In this document: positions 42,869-54,073 of the stretch, piece after piece | Position numbering within the stretch: position 1 is the first letter of the stretch | How the letters are laid out: every line of letters starts with the position of its first letter | NCBI GenBank assembly: GCA_040285825.1 | Contig: JAUPSS010000004.1 | Span: 6,291,784 to 6,355,783 of the forward strand | DNA: 64,000 nt | Source: Eukaryota sp. TZLM1-RC | Lineage: Eukaryota; Protista; Metamonada: BaSk clade | Direction: 5' to 3' | Notes under the pieces: model-generated | The model's input: the letters and a program-made list of their open reading frames with translations, nothing else | Databases searched by the model: none | Told to the model about the DNA's origin: nothing | Made by a program: the position numbers and the translations under genes

Positions 42869-43813
42869 CTACCTCAACCCTTTCTGAATACTAGAGAAAA
42901 AAGGATGCTTTAGTGCCTGGTGAGCAGAAATTCTCCGCTTGGGATCATACTGCAACATTGATTTCAAAAGAGACATACCGACAGGATCAAGCCTTGGACA
43001 AATACTTTCAAGAGGTCTACCTGGATGATAAGGTAAATCAGACTTGTACTCGGGAAGTTCAACAAGTTCGGGCCAGGATGCCGGACTAGGGGTGCCTAAA
43101 ACCTTGAATATCTTGATGAGCTGATCAGCATCATTCTGCCCAGGAAAGAGGGGACGGCCGGACACCATTTCAGCAAATATGCATCCTATGGACCAAATGT
43201 CGATGGCTGTATCGTACCGCTTGCTGCCAAACAAAACATCTACGCTACGGTACCACAGAGTCACCACTTCATGAGTGTATTGTCGAATTGGAACCCCAAA
43301 AGCCCTGGCCAATCCAAAGTCTGCAATCTTGAGAATTCCAGTAGAAGTGTCTACAAGAAGGTTCTGGGGCTTTAAATCACGATGTAGTATTTTCCTTGAG
43401 TGGATATAAGCAGTACCACGTAAGAGCTGATACAGAAAAGATTTAACCTCGGCCATGGAGAGTCCTCTACGGGCTTCCATGTACTTCTTTCTAAAGTGAG
43501 AGAGTAATAAAGGAGAACAAACAGGTCAGCGTCCAAGTACTCAAAAAGTAACGCCAGCTTACGGTTAGAGTAGATAACCTCCTTAAGCTTGACAACATTC
43601 TCATGGTCAAGTTCTTTCAGTAGTGATATTTCTCTCAGAGCTGTACAAGGCTGTGGTGAGGACAAGGAAAGGAGAACACACTATGCCTTCTTCTTCAGAC
43701 TCAAGCCGAATCCTCTTGATAGCTTGTATCTCACCAGTAGTTTTATTTCGAACCTTCCAGACAATTCCATAAGTTCCTTCTCCTATTTGGGCAATACGCG
43801 AAAAGCGTTCCAT
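42869..43813 (-). CDS. Cyclin-dependent kinase (PCTALRE type), introns 43651-43681 and 43491-43522
   Basis: GEGTYG, spliced EEGI|[13 protein letters not shown]|[31 protein letters not shown]. Confidence 0.95.
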
Positions 43814-44127
43814 GAGATAGATAAAAGTATATGGGGATGGATGGAGTGAGTAAGTGTGGATAAGAAGGAGAGTTCGTAGAACACCAAAAGGAGGATTTCC
43901 ATTTTTTAGCTATCTCCAATGTATATGGGAGAACAGACAGTGCTGACAAGCTGACACAGTCATAATGATGCTGAAATCGATCCACAACATCAATCAGGGC
44001 AGCAACATATGAGAAATGTTGAAATCGTGATATGAACTGTGATTTACAAGGGCAGGTCTTGGCAAGACCATTGAAGTGTCATACATCTAGGTTTATGATT
44101 TGATCTCATCAGATTTAAATTGTCCCA

Positions 44128-45183
44128 CACATCAAATTTACCATTATAAGACTGTGTTTTAGTTCCAACTTCAATCATATATTTCGATCTACAAATCCTC
44201 TTATCACTAGGCCTTTGGCTCAGAAGTTTAATGAGTTACGTGCAAAAGTTTTGTCACAATTACTGGGATGTAAAATGTTCCAAATTCCAGACAATGCTTA
44301 CCTTAGTCCACATTATGGTGGTTTAGGGTGGACGAAGGCTTCTATTCTTACCTCGTCAAGTCATCAGATTCTTCACTTTTTGTAACCATGCCACGAAGAT
44401 TTGGATTGTGTGTCACTAATGAAGCATTTGTAACAAAAATGAGATTATATTTAAATATCCCCATTAATCAATTATTATCAAAAGAAAAATGTATTTGTTC
44501 GAATTCACCTCAACTCACTTTGCGCCATGCTCTGAATTGTTCTTAATTGATAACTTATCGTTCTTCACTACATGATGCTGTTAGAGACACTGTTTTCAAT
44601 ATGGCACAAATTGCAAGAATATCGTGTATCAAAGAGCCTCTGCTGAAGGAAACACTTTCTCTGAATAATTTTGGTTCTGATGATAGAGGTGATGTATACT
44701 GTGATTGGATTGATAATTCTGAAGCTATTGTTGACTTTGTCTCATGTAATATTGCAAATGATACCTTGGTTCACAGAAGAAAACTTAATCCTGTTAGTGC
44801 TCTTGGTTTTGAAGCAAAAGAAAAACATAGAAAATATGATAAAGATATTGAAGAGGCTAATACTAATAGAAATACACAGCTAGTTTTTATTGCTTTCCCA
44901 TTTTCGATAAACGGAAGATTATCAGGTGAAGCAGAAACTTTTTTGAATGACTTCCAAAAAATGGTTCAAGAAAAAACAATGAAAAGATTTGATATTTTTT
45001 TATGGCGTTCTCGAATTCAATTCGCCATTATTAATAGATTACGCCGGTTTTTCAATCGAATAAGAGGAGCTTTAGCTAGACAGCAAGCAGATCAAGATTT
45101 TGTAGAGTAAATCTTGGTTCAATGACATTCGTCCCATTAGGTATGAATTAATTTAATTATGTGTGCATGTTCAATAAATATTT
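44128..45183 (+). mobile_element. CRE family A copy A6 (internally deleted subfamily)
   Basis: Lacks ~340 bp present in A5 (about 41062-41398). Probable TSD ATTGTC(C/T)CA at 44119-44127 and 45184-45192. Confidence 0.9.
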
Positions 45184-45919
45184 ATTGTCTCAAACAAAAC
45201 CAAATTTCTTTTGTACATGGACGAACATCAGATATGCTGATGACAAACCCCTTCACGCTTTCAGCTCCCACAAGCATCCTGGAGTTGGTTATTTGATTGT
45301 TTGATCAAATTTCTTGCTTTACAATTTTAAATATCGTTTTCTGCTGTTTGGGAATAGTTTTTCAGAAGTTTGGTAAAGCTTTTGGGTCAATTTTGGATAA
45401 GTGAATTTCTGTGGAAAAGAGTGTTTTCCATGAATGATTAAAAACATTTTTTGAGACTAAATGTACAAAATTTCAATGTAAATGAAGAATAGTTTTTTGC
45501 TACATGTATCCATTGATAAAAATTTTTTTGAATAAGCTCACATGAAAGTTTTTGATTCCCCCTAAAACGTTGTACTAGACCAAAGTGATGAGCTTGTTAG
45601 GGCAACATCAACACAACCATGTTGGTGATCTGCAAGAAGGAAGCGTTTGTTGGTACTATTTAACCCAGAAATTTGTTTCAATATAATATATATACAGAAA
45701 GTGCGAAGATAATTAGATTTTTTAAGCGTTGAAGTTCAGTAAATCATGTGAAATTGTGTTCATTACTATTGTAACAATTTTGTAAACTAACATTATTTTG
45801 ACTTATGAGTCAATCGAGTCACATACCAACTGAAAACCTAATTTTGAGATAAATAACGTAAAATAAATAACTTAAAACTGACAAAAACTCACTCCCTCAA
45901 TATCAATACAAAGAACACA

Positions 45920-45950
45920 TATTCCATTGTTATAGACACTATCTGTAAGA
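45920..45950 (+). promoter_or_regulatory. Pre-ATG motif class 1
   Basis: TATTCCATTGTTATAGACACTATCTGTAAGA-ATG. Confidence 0.6.
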
Positions 45951-46539
45951 ATGGGTGCTGGTCTTTTCCGTGTCCTCTCCTTTTTCCGCAAACGTGAATG
46001 TCGTATACTTCTTGTTGGTCTTGACAATGCTGGTAAAACTTCTATCCTTCAAAAGCTGAAATTCGGTGAATCAATCTCCACTATTCCCACCATTGGTTTC
46101 AATGTTGATACTGTGCGGTACAAAAACTTATCCATAAATATATTTGATGTTGGTGGCCAAAAACGCCTCCGCAGTCTTTGGAAACACTACTATGCTAACA
46201 GCAATGCCGTTATCTTTGTCGTAGATTCTTCAGACGTTAACAGAATGACATGTAATGAAGATAGATGCGAGGAAGGTTGTGCACGGTGTGAGCTCCATTA
46301 CATGATGGCTAGTCCCGAATTACAAGACTCAATTTTGCTTGTCTTTGCGAATGTATGTTTTTATTATTTGATCTAACTCTTAGAAACAAGATTTACCAGA
46401 AGCTACCAGTGCCTCTGAAGTAGCTGAAAGGTTGCAATTAAGCACGATTAAGCATAAACATCACATTGTATCTAGTTGTGCTATTAGTGGGGATGGACTG
46501 TTCGAGGGCTTGGATTTCATTGTGAATGAATTGTCTTAG
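45951..46539 (+). CDS. ARF-family GTPase, intron 46353-46383
   Basis: Gly2, [21 protein letters not shown], spliced N|KQD, SCA. Confidence 0.95.
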
Positions 46540-46864
46540 AAGAATAGGTAGAATGTGTTTGTACATAGCTTTTTTGATGTGTAAAATCAGTTTGATTCTT
46601 AGTCATTCTCTTTTTTGGGATCATCAAATTTTGAGGTAAACGTTGCTTACCTTAACTTGAGGTGATTTCGTCAATTTCAAGAACTAGAAACTTTTTGTCT
46701 TTTACTCTGATCCACACTATTTGATAAGTCACATGTCACAATTACTGTTTGTCGTCATCCTGCTCCACTCTGTTAAAATTACTGACTTAATGTTGAGGAA
46801 TCATTTCCAATTATCTGATTTCACCTGTTAATGTTAATTACTGAATTGAATTTCACAATGTTAT

Positions 46865-46922
46865 AATAAATTACAACTAAATTAATAAATAAATTACAAC
46901 TAAATTAATAAATAAATTACAA
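46865..46922. repeat. 23-bp tandem repeat x2.5
   Basis: Unit AATAAATTACAACTAAATTAATA. Confidence 0.85.
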
Positions 46923-48993
46923 AATGATGTGACATAAAGTCAAAGTAAATGTACTGGTGGTCCCATTTTATTGTGTCTAAAAGCAGCAAATATAGGGGTT
47001 AAGCTAATATCACAGCTCAAAATTTTTAACACATCAATACCTTATTGTATTCCCAATAACTAATTGTAATTTCATACTGCTAATTGCCCAACAATTGACA
47101 CCATTATCTGATCCTATTTGTCATCTACTTTGCAATTCAATGTTGGTGATACTGTTACAACAATACTCATTAAATCACCGCCGACAATTAGTAATCCTGA
47201 AAGTATATTTGGTACTGACCATCTTTAACTACAGCACGAATGATCTCTTGGTGGACAAATTTATTTATTTTTTTACAATATGAATACTTCCGTATCAGTG
47301 AGCAGACTGGGCTCATAAATAATGTTATAATGTACATTCACACACTTGAATGATATTGTTGCAGCTTAAGCCACTTCAACCTTTAATGCTAATCATCAAG
47401 TTGATTTGAAGTTTAAATAAACAATTGCTATGGTCTCAAACAAACCCTACAAAAAATAGGTAGGACCGTGTTTATAAAAGCTTTGGGAATTTGAAATTGT
47501 GAAACGAAATGGTAAAATCCAAAAAAAAGATTTTACAAACACGTTGTACAAAAAAATTGATTGATATATTGGTTTATTTATTGGTATATTGGGAGCTTCA
47601 AAATGTTCGTCTATATTGTTATTGGAACTAAACATTTGGTCAGAATTGTAATCTACATTGTCAAATCTTGCATTCAACTGATACATTATTGCCTCACATT
47701 ATTGAGAAACTAAAAATCTGATACAAAAATCGTTGGGATTAATGTGTTTGAGACACATTGTAGTTTATTCAAAATTAACCCTCCTACTCTTTGTGCATTG
47801 TTACAAGTTGTTCATTATGTTTTATTTTGGTGACACATGCGGCAGGAAATGTGGTTTCAATTTGAGAAATTGTGAAGAGATTATTAGTATGAGGTTGGAA
47901 CCAGGTTTGTAGTCTTTTGCAAAACTGCATGATACCCAAAAATATTGTAGAATATCAATTGAAACATCTAGCACAAACAAATTTCTCGAATTGATTAATT
48001 CTTAGTAACTGTTCTTTCAATTCTTCATAACGAACTTCATAGATTGTTGTATGTAAAGTGTTAAATATTGGATTTCGTGCTAAATTGGTGTCTGTATTTT
48101 GTCATAGTTCAGTGCACAACTGATGAGTTGATTTTGAAAGTCCATAGACTGATTGTGTTAGATTTTACCATCATTCGGAGAAATCATCTTCTTGTGATTC
48201 ACTTAAACAGGAGGTAGTTCATTAAGATAATACTGAAACACGTGCGAAGAAACAAATAAAACAAAGTATGGCTGCATGTTGAGAGTTTTCAAATAGTCTT
48301 AATAATTTGCAATTAACTTTAATACGAGTTTACTGAAATTAATGTTGATGCTACCATCATTACCAAAATCAAGAAATTAATTAATTGACAGATATTGTGG
48401 TGTTTGTGGCTGTTTAATGTTTAAGTATTTGGTTTGCTGGATTTGCTTTGCAAAAGAACGTCAATTAAGTGTTGAACTTCAAAAAAATAACACATCAATG
48501 GAACACATTGTTTGATAAAAAAATAATGCTATTGAGTCAATTGAGACATAAGGATAACCAATATTTATCAGTGTTTTACAAAATACATCAGCAATTTATT
48601 TCTGTGGATTGCAAAAAGAGTACAAGGGTCAACAGATAGATCTACTGTGATGTGCAATGTCCTTGCATATTACTCCTAAAATTCTTTTTCTCCTATCTGA
48701 GTTGCTTCCCCTTGTTTGTTCTTCCATTTTCTCAATGCCTTACATCTTTGACATGTTTTTAAATACACAAGTTGACTGCCTTGCACTGAATAAACGTGCT
48801 CCAGAGGATACGAAGGTGCGAGCTGTTTGGACCTGCTTTCATCTCGAAAAAAACCCCAGGCTGAGATGGCAAATTTTTTTGGTTAATCAGAGTACCATAA
48901 GTAGGTAAAATTGTTGAAGCCTTTGAAGACAAAGATAATGACAAGGACCTCAAAGTATGTGATATACTGAAGTCTGTTGATTCGCAATAAATT

Positions 48994-49369
48994 GATTTTA
49001 AAGCAAAAGAAAAACATAGAAAATATGATAAAGATATTCAACTGGTTAAAGCTGGTAGAAATGCACAGCTAATTTCTATTGCTTTCCCATTTTCGATAAA
49101 CGGAAGATTATCAGATAAAGCAGAAACTTGTTTGAATGACTTCCAAAAAATGGTTCAAGAAAAAACAATGAAAAGATTTGATATTTTTTTATGGCGTTCA
49201 CGGATTCAATTTGCCATTATTAATAGATTACCTCTGTTTTTCAATCGAATAAGAGAAGCTTTAGCTAGACAGCAAGCAGATCAAGATTTTGTAGAGGAAA
49301 TCTTGGTTCAATGATAGTCGTCCCATTGGTTATGAGTAAATTTAATTAAGTGTGCAAATTCAATAAATT
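48994..49369 (+). mobile_element. CRE family A copy A7
   Basis: 3' ~375 nt of the family. CAATAAATT is repeated at 48985-48993 and 49361-49369. Confidence 0.9.
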
Positions 49370-49418
49370 AAAGCAAAATAAATCAAAAATGTCCCGGAAA
49401 ACGATCATTTTTTATATT

Positions 49419-49950
49419 CTAGAGAAATAGTTCAGCTTGTGAAACATCATAGAGGAATTCATAGAGCCCTTGTGGAAATTGGACACACTCATAAACGTTG
49501 TAAGTTTTGTATTTTAGCTTGTAAGCCGAACCAAAATCAACCTCATTAAACAGTTTGAGAATAGAATAGGGATTTCTTCGGACTTTATACTTCAGTATCA
49601 ACTTGTGTTTATTGACGAAAAACCTTCAGAGGAGAAAATTTATACGCAGATATGGATGGGCTCTTCGTAGAAAGGGAATAGTTGTCGAAACAAATGTATT
49701 GGAAGATACGCAAATCAGTGCCTCGTTGCCATTAATCTTCTCGAGTTGACGTATTTGTCCTGAGAAAATGTTATCAGGCATGAAGCAAATTTCATAAGCT
49801 ACAGCTTTGTCATTATTGATGAACTTGGTAATCAGATATTCTATTAAAGACACATTTACTTCAGCCATTGAACGCCACTTCTTCTTTTACAGATGATGAT
49901 GATCCATCATCTATTGCAACTGTCCATTGTGATTCGTTGTGAACAGCCAT
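49419..49950 (-). pseudogene. Decayed unknown gene
   Basis: ORFs 49626-49868 and 49419-49601 are in one frame, split by a single TGA. Upstream frameshift. Confidence 0.35.
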
Positions 49951-50123
49951 ATCTTCTTTTTGTGCCAGTCTACACAGCTGTTTCAGTATCAAAGTTCCAA
50001 GATCATGAAGTAAAATGCTTGTTAAAAAGTAGTACAACATTTCTGTACCATGTTTGAGGGGACTTAATCATTTGGATAATAAGTCACTCGACTTAACTCA
50101 AATCGAAATGACAGTATAGAAGC

Positions 50124-51669
50124 TTCAATTTATTGAGCATGCACACTTGATTAAATTAATTCATAACTAATGGGACGAATATCATTGAACCAAGATTTCC
50201 TCTACAAAATCTTGATCTGCTTGCTGTCTAGCTAAAGCTTCCCTTATTCGATTGAAAAACCGGCGTAATCTATTAATAATTGCAAATTGAATTCGAGAAC
50301 GCCATGAAAAAATATCAAACCTTCTCATTGTTTTTTCTTGCACCATTTTTTGGAAGTCATTCAAAAAAGTTTCTGCTTCACCTGATAATCTTCCGTTTAT
50401 CGAAAATAGGAAAGCAATAAAAACTAGCTGTGCATTTCTATTAGTATTAGCCTCTTCAATATATTTATCATATTTTCTATGTTTTTCTTTTGCTTTAAAA
50501 CCAAGAGCACTCACAGGATTAAATTTTTTTTGTGAACCAAAGTATCATTTGCAACATTACATGAGACAAAGTCAACAATAGCTTCAGAATTATCAATACA
50601 ATCACAGTATACATCACGTCTATCATCAGAACCAAAATTATTCAAAGAAAGTGTTTCCTTCAGCAGGGACTTTTTGATACACGATATTCTTGCAGTTTGT
50701 GCCATATTGAAAACAGTGTCTCTAACAGCATCATGTAATGAAGAACGATAAGTTATCAATTTAGAACAATTCAGAGCATGGCGCAAAATGAGTTGAGGGA
50801 AATTCGAACAAATACATTTTTCTTTTGATAATAATTGGTGAATGGGGATGTTCAAATATAATCTCATTTTTGTTACAAATGCTTCATTAGTGGCACACAA
50901 TCCAAATCTTCGTGGCATGGTTACAAAAAGTGAAGAATCTGATGACTTGACGAGGTAAGAATAGAAGCCTTCGTCCACCCTAAACCACCATAATGTGGAC
51001 TAAGGTAAGCATGGTCTGGAATTTGGAACATTTTACATCCCAGTAATTGAGACAGAACTTTTGCACGTAATTCATTAAACTTCTTAGCCAAAGGCCTAGT
51101 GACGAGAGGATTTGTAGATCGAAATATATGATTGAAGTTGGAACTAAAACACAGTCTTATAATGGTAAATTTGATGTGTTTTTGTATATCTAAATTCATC
51201 ATTCGGTCAATTTTGTCGGAAATTGAGTTCAACTTTTCAAACAATTTTTTGGTAATTTCATCATTATTTCCTAAAAACGAACTCAAATGACGAATAGCAT
51301 CAATTGAATATAATTTGGCTTGATTTTCAATACCATCAACTATTGTGGAAACTGGAGAATTCGATAACAAAACACATTTAAGTAAATTAAGTCGGAGACC
51401 AATATTGGTAAATAATTCTTTAAAACTTACAGTTGCTTGTTTCACAATATTTAAATCACCAATAAGAACAACATCATCCATATATGCAATCAATTTTTAG
51501 CGAAGGAAACATCTGTTGAATTTGCAATAAAATAGGATGAATGGCCAAACAAAACAAAGGGGTCCTAACGGATCTCCTTGCTTTACACTACTTGATGAAC
51601 TCAAAATGTTATTACCAAAATGTAAATTGCAATTTGTGCTGTTGATTGAAAATACGGCATTATTTATTT
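50124..51669 (-). mobile_element. CRE family A copy A8 (RT core to 3' end; internally deleted subfamily)
   Basis: VKQGDPLGP, IAYMDD, PHYGGLG; same internal deletion as A6. TSD AGTATAGAAGC at 50113-50123 and 51670-51680. Confidence 0.93.
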
Positions 51670-51721
51670 AGTATAGAAGCGAAAACATTCTTCCTATTGA
51701 AAAATAGGATTTCAAGAATAG

Positions 51722-52295
51722 ATGGCATGGGCACTTTTCCGTATCCTCTATTTCTTTCGTAAACGTGAGTGTAGTATTCTTCTTGTTGGTCATGATAATG
51801 CTGGTAAAACCTCTATCTTTCAGAGGCTTAAATTCGGCGAAACATTCTCCACTATTCCCACTATTGGCTTCAATGTTGATACTATAAGATATAATAACTG
51901 GACTATCAATATTTTTGACGTTGGACGTAATCTCTACAAACACTACTATGCTAACAGCAATGCCGTTATCTTTGTCGTAGATTCTTCAGACGTTAACAGA
52001 ATGACCTGTAATGAAGATAGATGCGAGGAAGGTTGTGCACGGTGTGAGCTCCATTACATGATGGCTAGTCCCGAATTACAAGACTCAATTTTGCTTGTCT
52101 TTGCGAATGTATGTTTTTATTATTTGATCTAACTCTTAGAAACAAGATTTACCAGAAGCTACCAGTGCCTCTGAAGTAGCTGAAAGGTTGCAATTAAGCA
52201 CGATTAAGCATAAACATCACATTGTATCTAGTTGTGCTATTAGTGGGGATGGACTGTTCGAGGGCTTGGATTTCATTGTGAATGAATTGTCTTAG
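51722..52295 (+). CDS. Divergent ARF paralogue (no Gly2, switch II deleted), intron 52109-52139; possibly a pseudogene
   Basis: Open frame; [25 protein letters not shown]. The 3' two-thirds are almost identical to the 45951 gene. Confidence 0.75.
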
Positions 52296-52581
52296 AAGAA
52301 TAGGTAGAATGTGTTTGTACATAGCTTTTTTGATGTGTAAAATTGGTTTCATTCTTAGTCATTCTCTTTTTTGATGTGTAAAATCAGTTTGATTCTTTAT
52401 CTACACAATAAACATAGGTGAATAGAATATTTTAAAAAAATCATTTGAATCCATTTGATACAATAAATAAATTAAATAAATCAAAGAATTTGTTACATTG
52501 ATTGATTAGTTGAAAAAGAAACTTAACAATTCAACCAATATTTTCGACAAAAAGTACATAAAAAAGGACACAAGATAAGAC

Positions 52582-53994
52582 TTATTTTGAATTCATGTAA
52601 TAATTTGTTTGTACAAATTCCCTAAGCCCTTCAAGAGAAAGCAAAACTTCATCAGTAGCTAATGGTGACAAGAAAACCGCATAAACCTCACAAATATTAA
52701 CGTTTCTGTACTTTAATCTATTTAACAAACATTCATAAATTTCACCATCATTAGGTTGTTTCTTTTCAGGGAGTGGTACATCAAGAATACATCCTGAAGA
52801 GTGCACCCATAGCCATAACCTAAAAGCAAAAGTGAATCTATTTCCTCTGTCAATCAAAAGACACGTATCATTTTGACCCAACGCCTCATGACACGTCACT
52901 ACCCACCTAATCATTCGATGTCTCAACTTTGATATTATTTGATTACCCTTTGCCAAAACCACTTCATTATCTGAATTAAATGATGCACATCCCTGATGAA
53001 GAGTGGCAATTTTACCATCAGAAAGTCTATTTACCACGACGAATGAACATAACCCGGGGTAACTACAGGAGAGACAGTGGCTGCGTTTATCGATTGTCAA
53101 TGCAAGACAAATAAGCAAATCCAAATGCTTCTTTGCCTCACTAAAACATTGAGAGGCTCTTTGATCCACAATCTCCCTTTCCAAAGCGTTAAAGAGTAGA
53201 ACCATTACTACTGGTTTTTCTGTAGATAATGATAAAGGGAAGATAGCAACCCCATACTGCTCAAACCCACTATCCACACTAATATAAAGGTCAGAAAACT
53301 CGACCAAAACTCCCGAAGCGGAAGGTGATAGAGGTTGCTGATTGATTAGCTTCAAACGAGTCATAGTGTAAACAAAGGAGGCAAATTCGCGTGGAGGTCG
53401 CCTAACTGAGGACCGTAAAATAGAAGCAATAGGTTGAGTGCCTACAAATAATAAAGAATGGAACGCCACATTTCCTAGTGTTGAACAGGACTTTCTAAGG
53501 GTTTGTTCAAGATCGTTCTTGATCGTTTGGTCTAGTATTGGGGCTGGCGTCGCGTCTAACAGATGGGAAATATCAGAGAAAATAAGCTCTATTGCCACAG
53601 TAATGAAGCAGGAAACAGTTACTGAATGTTTCTTAAACGACACTCTAGATTTGTTAAGGAAGACTGGACCGAATTTCAGGCACAGAAGTTTGTGTGCAAG
53701 AGAGATCGCCTTACGCAGAAGGACTTCGTTGGTAGAAGAGCTACATTGGACAATGTAAGTGATATCGTTAAAAGATTCAAAAATGAGCATGGTATTGCGG
53801 TAAGCAAGTGTGGATAATCCGGAACCCAAAGTTTCGGAAAGGGACATTGCTGTGGCTCCAAGAAGACTAACAGTACTGTCGAGAGCATAGCCTTCATCAC
53901 CTGTATAGCGATTCTTTAGGTCGAAGAGAAGGATAGGACTGATAGTCCCCCTATAAATAAGAACGTTGTGTAAAAAGTCCACTACTACTGACAT
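52582..53994 (-). CDS. HPS1: HPS1-like tri-longin protein (BLOC-3 subunit)
   Basis: Longin-like N-terminus (LLRKAI...LKFGP). YPGLCSFVVVNR, FAFRLWL and GEIYECLL...CEVYAVFLSPLATD parallel the HPS1 motifs FPGLVHFIYVDR, YFLWF and GDYYRKLL..CYELLALHLSVIPTD. Confidence 0.7.
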   Translation of the reverse strand: MSVVVDFLHNVLIYRGTISPILLFDLKNRYTGDEGYALDSTVSLLGATAMSLSETLGSGLSTLAYRNTMLIFESFNDITYIVQCSSSTNEVLLRKAISLAHKLLCLKFGPVFLNKSRVSFKKHSVTVSCFITVAIELIFSDISHLLDATPAPILDQTIKNDLEQTLRKSCSTLGNVAFHSLLFVGTQPIASILRSSVRRPPREFASFVYTMTRLKLINQQPLSPSASGVLVEFSDLYISVDSGFEQYGVAIFPLSLSTEKPVVMVLLFNALEREIVDQRASQCFSEAKKHLDLLICLALTIDKRSHCLSCSYPGLCSFVVVNRLSDGKIATLHQGCASFNSDNEVVLAKGNQIISKLRHRMIRWVVTCHEALGQNDTCLLIDRGNRFTFAFRLWLWVHSSGCILDVPLPEKKQPNDGEIYECLLNRLKYRNVNICEVYAVFLSPLATDEVLLSLEGLREFVQTNYYMNSK

Positions 53995-54021
53995 CAGCTA
54001 ATAGCAAACTAATGCCAAATA
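53995..54021 (-). promoter_or_regulatory. Pre-ATG motif class 2
   Basis: TATTTGGCATTAGTTTGCTATTAGCTG-ATG, 19/27 identity to the RME-8 upstream sequence. Confidence 0.5.
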
Positions 54022-54040
54022 ATTGTAATGTGGATGTGGA

Positions 54041-54073
54041 CCAAATGATTCCCCAAATGATTCCCCAAATGAT
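54041..54073. repeat. 12-bp tandem repeat x2.7
   Basis: Unit CCAAATGATTCC. Confidence 0.8.

Noticed and set aside
49419-49868. In-frame TGA suggesting stop readthrough or an alternative genetic code
   Set aside because: TAA, TAG and TGA all terminate conserved genes here (Nup85/RPS24, RME-8/CDK, DOCK/MFS). In-frame stops occur only in decayed sequence that also has frameshifts.
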